DNA of 64,000 nucleotides from Rickettsiales bacterium (ex Bugula neritina AB1) (GTDB lineage Bacteria; Pseudomonadota; Alphaproteobacteria; CAJXXZ01; UBA1459): NCBI GenBank assembly GCA_001730065.1, contig MDLE01000006.1, positions 4,041 to 68,040 of the forward strand, read 5' to 3'. Shown piece by piece: positions 60,108 to 64,000 of this stretch (position 1 is its first letter; each line of letters starts with the position of its first letter). The notes under the pieces were generated by a model. It saw only the letters and a program-made list of their open reading frames with translations, ran no database searches and was not told where the DNA came from. The position numbers and the translations under genes were made by a program.

Positions 60108-61616
60108 ATGGATAATAAAAATCAAGAAAAACTTACAGGAATACGTAAATTGTTATTTCCTGTTTATAAGAGTGAGTTCAAAAAAGTTATACCTATGGGA
60201 ATGATATATTTAGGATTAATTTTTGTTTATACACTGACACGTCTTTCAAAAGATATGTTCATGATGAGCATAGGAGATGCAGAAGTGTTATCAGCCGCAA
60301 AAGTTATTGTTAGTTTCTTTGCTATTGCGGCGGCAGTTTTATATGGAAAAATTAGTCATAGATTTTCTACAAATAGTGCATTTATAATATGTTTAATACC
60401 TTTTTTGTTATTTTTTACTTTTTTTGGAATTGCAAGTAATTATACACATATATTTCATATGTCACCATCTACTAGTAATTACTTAATAAGTAAGTTCCCC
60501 TATTTAAAACTATTAATTCTTTCTTTTGGGAATTGGATGTATTTATTTTACTATATCTTTTCAGAGTTATTTGCGTCTATTATAATTACTGCTAGTTTTT
60601 GGCAATTTGCAAACTCTTATACATCTTTTGAGGAAAAAAAAAGATTCTATCCCTTCTATAGTGGTTTATGTGCACAAGTTTCTACATATTTAGCAGGAGA
60701 AATTTTTATTTATATAGGTAGTTTAATCAAAAATACAAATAACAAATTTTTTTGTTCTTTGATTTCTAGTGGTTCAATATTTGTAGGTGGAGTAATATCT
60801 TTAGTCTCAATATTATACATAGGAAGAAGTGTTTCAAGTATTAATTCAAGTAGTAATAAATCACAAAAAAAAAATAAAAGTATGGGTATTAAAGAAATAT
60901 TTCATCATTTAAAAGAACATCCTAATGTAATTTTAGCATCTTTATTAGTGGTTTTTTATGGTATATGTGCTAGTTCTATGGAATTATTTTGGAAAAAACA
61001 AGTGTCAAAAATCTACCCTGTTTCTACGGGAGAATATGCGATGTTTATGGGGAGATATCAAAAATGTATTGCTGGAGCTTCTATCTTAATGGGTTTTTTA
61101 GCAACTCATATTTTAAAAAGTTTTAGTTGGCTTTTTTGCGCAATGGTTACACCTGCTATAGCTTTAATATCATCTTTTTTTTTATTTGGTTTAGTAGTTT
61201 TACAAAAACCAATAATGTTATTAGGAATTTTTTCTGGATATAACATGATCAAAATAAGTGTAATTGTAGGATTTATAGGTTTAGTGTTTTATAAAATTGT
61301 TAAATATAACTTTTATGATGTAACGTCTGAAATGTATTTTGGAATTCAACCTCAAAAAGAAGCACAATACGCAAAAGTATTACAATCTATATTTAGTAGA
61401 CCCTCTAAAGGTATTATGAATATATTATTTTTTATACTTTTATCTACTCCTAATGTGACAGTAGATAGTTTATCATTTTTTTCATGGCCTATTTGTGTAA
61501 TATTTTGTATTATTTGGATATACGTTATATTAAGAATGAATGAAGAAATTATTTTAGTGGAAGAACAACAAAAAATAAAAAAAGAAAATGAATCAAATGA
61601 AGATATTAAAAAATGA
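60108..61616 (+). CDS. tlc: ATP/ADP translocase (nucleotide transport protein, Tlc/NTT family)
   Basis: RKLLFPVYKSEFKKVIPMGMIYLGLIFVYTLTRLSKD and a 12-TM profile, typical of Rickettsiales and Chlamydiae NTTs. Confidence 0.9.
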   Translation: MDNKNQEKLTGIRKLLFPVYKSEFKKVIPMGMIYLGLIFVYTLTRLSKDMFMMSIGDAEVLSAAKVIVSFFAIAAAVLYGKISHRFSTNSAFIICLIPFLLFFTFFGIASNYTHIFHMSPSTSNYLISKFPYLKLLILSFGNWMYLFYYIFSELFASIIITASFWQFANSYTSFEEKKRFYPFYSGLCAQVSTYLAGEIFIYIGSLIKNTNNKFFCSLISSGSIFVGGVISLVSILYIGRSVSSINSSSNKSQKKNKSMGIKEIFHHLKEHPNVILASLLVVFYGICASSMELFWKKQVSKIYPVSTGEYAMFMGRYQKCIAGASILMGFLATHILKSFSWLFCAMVTPAIALISSFFLFGLVVLQKPIMLLGIFSGYNMIKISVIVGFIGLVFYKIVKYNFYDVTSEMYFGIQPQKEAQYAKVLQSIFSRPSKGIMNILFFILLSTPNVTVDSLSFFSWPICVIFCIIWIYVILRMNEEIILVEEQQKIKKENESNEDIKK

Positions 61617-61801
61617 ACAAAAATATATTAAAGAACTTTAGTATAATATTTCAAGTTATTTTATTTTTTTCATTAGTTTTAAAGTTTTATATAAATATTA
61701 AATATAAAAAAATTCAAGAACTAAAAACAGAAATTAAAAATTTAGAAGAAGAAATATATCAGATAGAAGTTATTATTAATAATAAAAAAGAAAACCTTTA
61801 A
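61613..61801 (+). CDS. small TM + coiled-coil protein (hypothetical)
   Basis: ATGA start/stop overlap with tlc. One TM segment followed by KTEIKNLEEEIYQIE. Confidence 0.35.
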   Translation: MNKNILKNFSIIFQVILFFSLVLKFYINIKYKKIQELKTEIKNLEEEIYQIEVIINNKKENL

Positions 61802-62715
61802 ATTTCATTTAAAGAAAGTATTTTACGCTTTTTATTTTTTGTTTTTGTATTTGATAATTTTTCCATTTGTTCATAAGTAATATTTTCTGAGTTATTATCT
61901 TCGCTTTTTACATCTGATAATAAATCATTAAACTCAATACTATTAAATCTTTTACTTAATACTATTCCTATACTTGCTACTTGATTAGGTTGTAAAATAA
62001 TAGGTGTTACACCTAAATTTGCAGTAAGAACCAAATAATTACCTACTTGATAAACATATCTCAAAATACTCATATTCATATCTATTGTTATTACACATAC
62101 GCAACCATTAAATTTATGACAGTTTTCTTTATCTATGTTTAAATAAGAAACATAATCACCTTTTTTGTATTCAGGCATTTTATTATCCGTTACCATAAAT
62201 ATATTTACTTCTGGTGAAAATTTTTTTAATAATATCATTTCCATAAAAACACAAGATGTATTATCTTTTTTAATTTTTTCTAAATTAAAATTGTCTTCTA
62301 AATACTGCAGTATATCTTCTTTATTAGAAGTGTATAAATCTTTTGGTATTTCGTTATTTTCTAATAATAACCATTTCGTAGGAATAAACTTCTTAAACTT
62401 GTTAAATAAACGAAAAGATATCCACTCTGCATCTTTTTGATTTAAACCATTATGACCATCTTCAATACGAATATATTTCATAACATGAAAATTAAAGACT
62501 TTTGCAAACTCATCTTTTGTTAGACCAAGTATTTTACGTATTTGAAATAAACGATTACCTATTTCCTTTTTATATTTAACGGATTTACAAGACTTTTTTT
62601 CTGATATATTTGTTTTTGTTATATTAATGTTGTCTTCTTTTATTTCTTTTTGAGTATTTTTTACTTCCTTATTTTTTTTTAATAATTCTTTATTCATTTT
62701 TTCCTTTTTTTTCAA
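61798..62715 (-). CDS. XRE-family HTH regulator with S24/LexA-like C-terminal domain (catalytic Ser apparently absent)
   Basis: The HTH is IGNRLFQIRKILGLTKDEFAKVF. The C-terminal beta-rich part (VTDNKMPEYKKGDYV..) resembles the S24 motif GDSMxP..GD, with Ser replaced. Confidence 0.6.
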   Translation of the reverse strand: MKKKEKMNKELLKKNKEVKNTQKEIKEDNINITKTNISEKKSCKSVKYKKEIGNRLFQIRKILGLTKDEFAKVFNFHVMKYIRIEDGHNGLNQKDAEWISFRLFNKFKKFIPTKWLLLENNEIPKDLYTSNKEDILQYLEDNFNLEKIKKDNTSCVFMEMILLKKFSPEVNIFMVTDNKMPEYKKGDYVSYLNIDKENCHKFNGCVCVITIDMNMSILRYVYQVGNYLVLTANLGVTPIILQPNQVASIGIVLSKRFNSIEFNDLLSDVKSEDNNSENITYEQMEKLSNTKTKNKKRKILSLNEI

Positions 62716-62938
62716 ACATAACTATATTTTTCTTAAATATTTATTTAATTAAAATACTAAGAAATTTTTTATTTTTAATGTTATTATAACACAAAATATT
62801 ATGTCTTTATATAAAAATTTTAACTAAATACACCAATAATGTATTTATTGATTAAATAGTTAAAAATTTATTAATAATTTATATTTTTAAATAATATATT
62901 TAGTATATTATATGTATATATTGTAAAATAATAAACAC

Positions 62939-63274
62939 ATGAAAAGAACTTATGAAGAAAATATATTTACAAAAATTATAAATAAAAAAATACCTAGTAG
63001 CATTATATTTGAAAATAATTATTTAATAGCATTTGAGGATATTAATCCAGAAGCAAAACATCATATACTTATAATACCTAAAGGTTTGTATATAGATTAC
63101 AAAGACTTCTATGAAAATGCCTCTAAAGAAGAACATAAAGAATTTTATCATGGCATTTATGAAATAATAAAAAAAAAAAATTTAACAAATTTTAAATTAA
63201 TTACAAATAATGGAAAAGATGTGGGGCAAATTATATTTCACTTTCATGTACATATTCTATCAAATGATAATTAG
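62939..63274 (+). CDS. hinT: HIT-family protein (HinT-like)
   Basis: FEDINPEAKHHILIIPK and the histidine triad FHFHVHIL. Confidence 0.85.
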   Translation: MKRTYEENIFTKIINKKIPSSIIFENNYLIAFEDINPEAKHHILIIPKGLYIDYKDFYENASKEEHKEFYHGIYEIIKKKNLTNFKLITNNGKDVGQIIFHFHVHILSNDN

Positions 63275-63807
63275 TTTATTAAATCTGTAGAATAACAGGT
63301 TTTAAGTGTATCCGTTTCACGGATTTTTTTATATAGTAATCCTGCTAACATTATACATTCCCCCATATAAACCTGAGGAGAAAAGTTTTTGCTATCATAA
63401 ATAGCCTGTTCTCCTATAATATAATAATTATCTTCAAATTCGAAAGCATTTTTTCCTTTATTACTAATATTTTTTTTTAAAATAATTTTATTATTATCTT
63501 TTAAAGCATAAATAATATTTTTTGTAATAATTTTAGAAAATTTATTTTTATCTTTGTAATGTATTTCAATAGTATTATTATGTTTTAATACCATAAAATT
63601 TTTTCTTTTGACATTTTTTATTTCTACATTTAGTTTTTCAATACCATAATAATAATTTTCTAATATTTCTTCCCGCCAAATTAATTTTATATCTTTTTCA
63701 TCTATTTCATCAATAATAACAATATAAGTAGATAAATTTAGAATTTTTGTAGAAAATCCCATGTATAAACCATAATTCCTATTTGTTACGATGAGAATAT
63801 CATACAT
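63271..63807 (-). CDS. hypothetical protein
   Basis: 178-aa ORF with no recognisable motif. Confidence 0.45.
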   Translation of the reverse strand: MYDILIVTNRNYGLYMGFSTKILNLSTYIVIIDEIDEKDIKLIWREEILENYYYGIEKLNVEIKNVKRKNFMVLKHNNTIEIHYKDKNKFSKIITKNIIYALKDNNKIILKKNISNKGKNAFEFEDNYYIIGEQAIYDSKNFSPQVYMGECIMLAGLLYKKIRETDTLKTCYSTDLIN

Positions 63808-63878
63808 TTTATAATATTATAACATACATATTTATAAAAATATTTGAAAAATACTTTAAATAATATAAAATCCACAAA

Positions 63879-64000
63879 ATGATAGTCTCTATAAATAATA
63901 TAAATGAATTAGAAGATTTTGTAAAAAATTTTAAAAAAAAATACTTACCTAAAAACAATATTTTTCTTTTATCAGGAGATTTAGGTGTAGGAAAAACAAC
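63879..64000 (+). CDS. tsaE: tRNA threonylcarbamoyladenosine biosynthesis ATPase TsaE, N-terminal part (runs off window)
   Basis: My translation is MIVSINNINELEDFVKNFKKKYLPKNNIFLLSGDLGVGKT, which contains the TsaE P-loop GDLGAGKT. Confidence 0.7.
   Translation, partial: MIVSINNINELEDFVKNFKKKYLPKNNIFLLSGDLGVGKT

Noticed and set aside
61798-62715. The XRE/S24-like regulator as evidence of a prophage.
   Set aside because: There are no integrase, terminase, capsid or other phage-like genes nearby. Its neighbours are tlc and hinT.

Overview
Extremely AT-rich, tightly packed bacterial window of about 65 protein genes and 6 tRNAs. I saw no rRNA, CRISPR array, transposase or integrase. The gene set fits a highly reduced obligate intracellular alphaproteobacterium of Rickettsiales or Holosporales type. 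It includes an ATP/ADP translocase (tlc), pyruvate phosphate dikinase, the alphaproteobacterial DUF1013 protein, sigma-32, a retained peptidoglycan and division core (murB, alr, ftsI, ftsB) and many shortened housekeeping proteins (dnaG, glyS, ppdK). The standard genetic code applies, since Trp is TGG in conserved motifs and TGA terminates genes. Most of the window is ordinary housekeeping: alaS, murB, rpmB, lepA, ibpA-like, recJ, hisS, ffh, tsaD/tsaB/tsaE, obg, infA, dprA, secY, pepA, tadA, hup, leuS, rplS, secE-nusG, aspS, dnaQ and hinT. The stand-out items are these. (1) A contractile-sheath/tube gene pair at 8330-10897, in which TssB and TssC are fused into one 639-aa ORF, followed by a coupled Hcp-like gene. 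No other T6SS component is recognisable in the 64 kb. (2) An operon at 41663-45284 encoding a 33-aa peptide, a 767-aa membrane protein with a degenerate AAA+ domain, and a 403-aa membrane-anchored classic AAA+ ATPase. It is driven by a promoter cassette duplicated in front of an orphan, glycine-poor ATP synthase c-subunit gene. (3) Two scattered dnaK relics, a lid domain fused to a surface-protein gene and a frameshifted internal fragment, explicable by one inversion around hisS. (4) A decaying family of secreted or tail-anchored repeat proteins. (5) Cys-rich C-terminal tails on three unrelated proteins. All calls rest on manual reading of the ORF track and my own translations, with no database searches.
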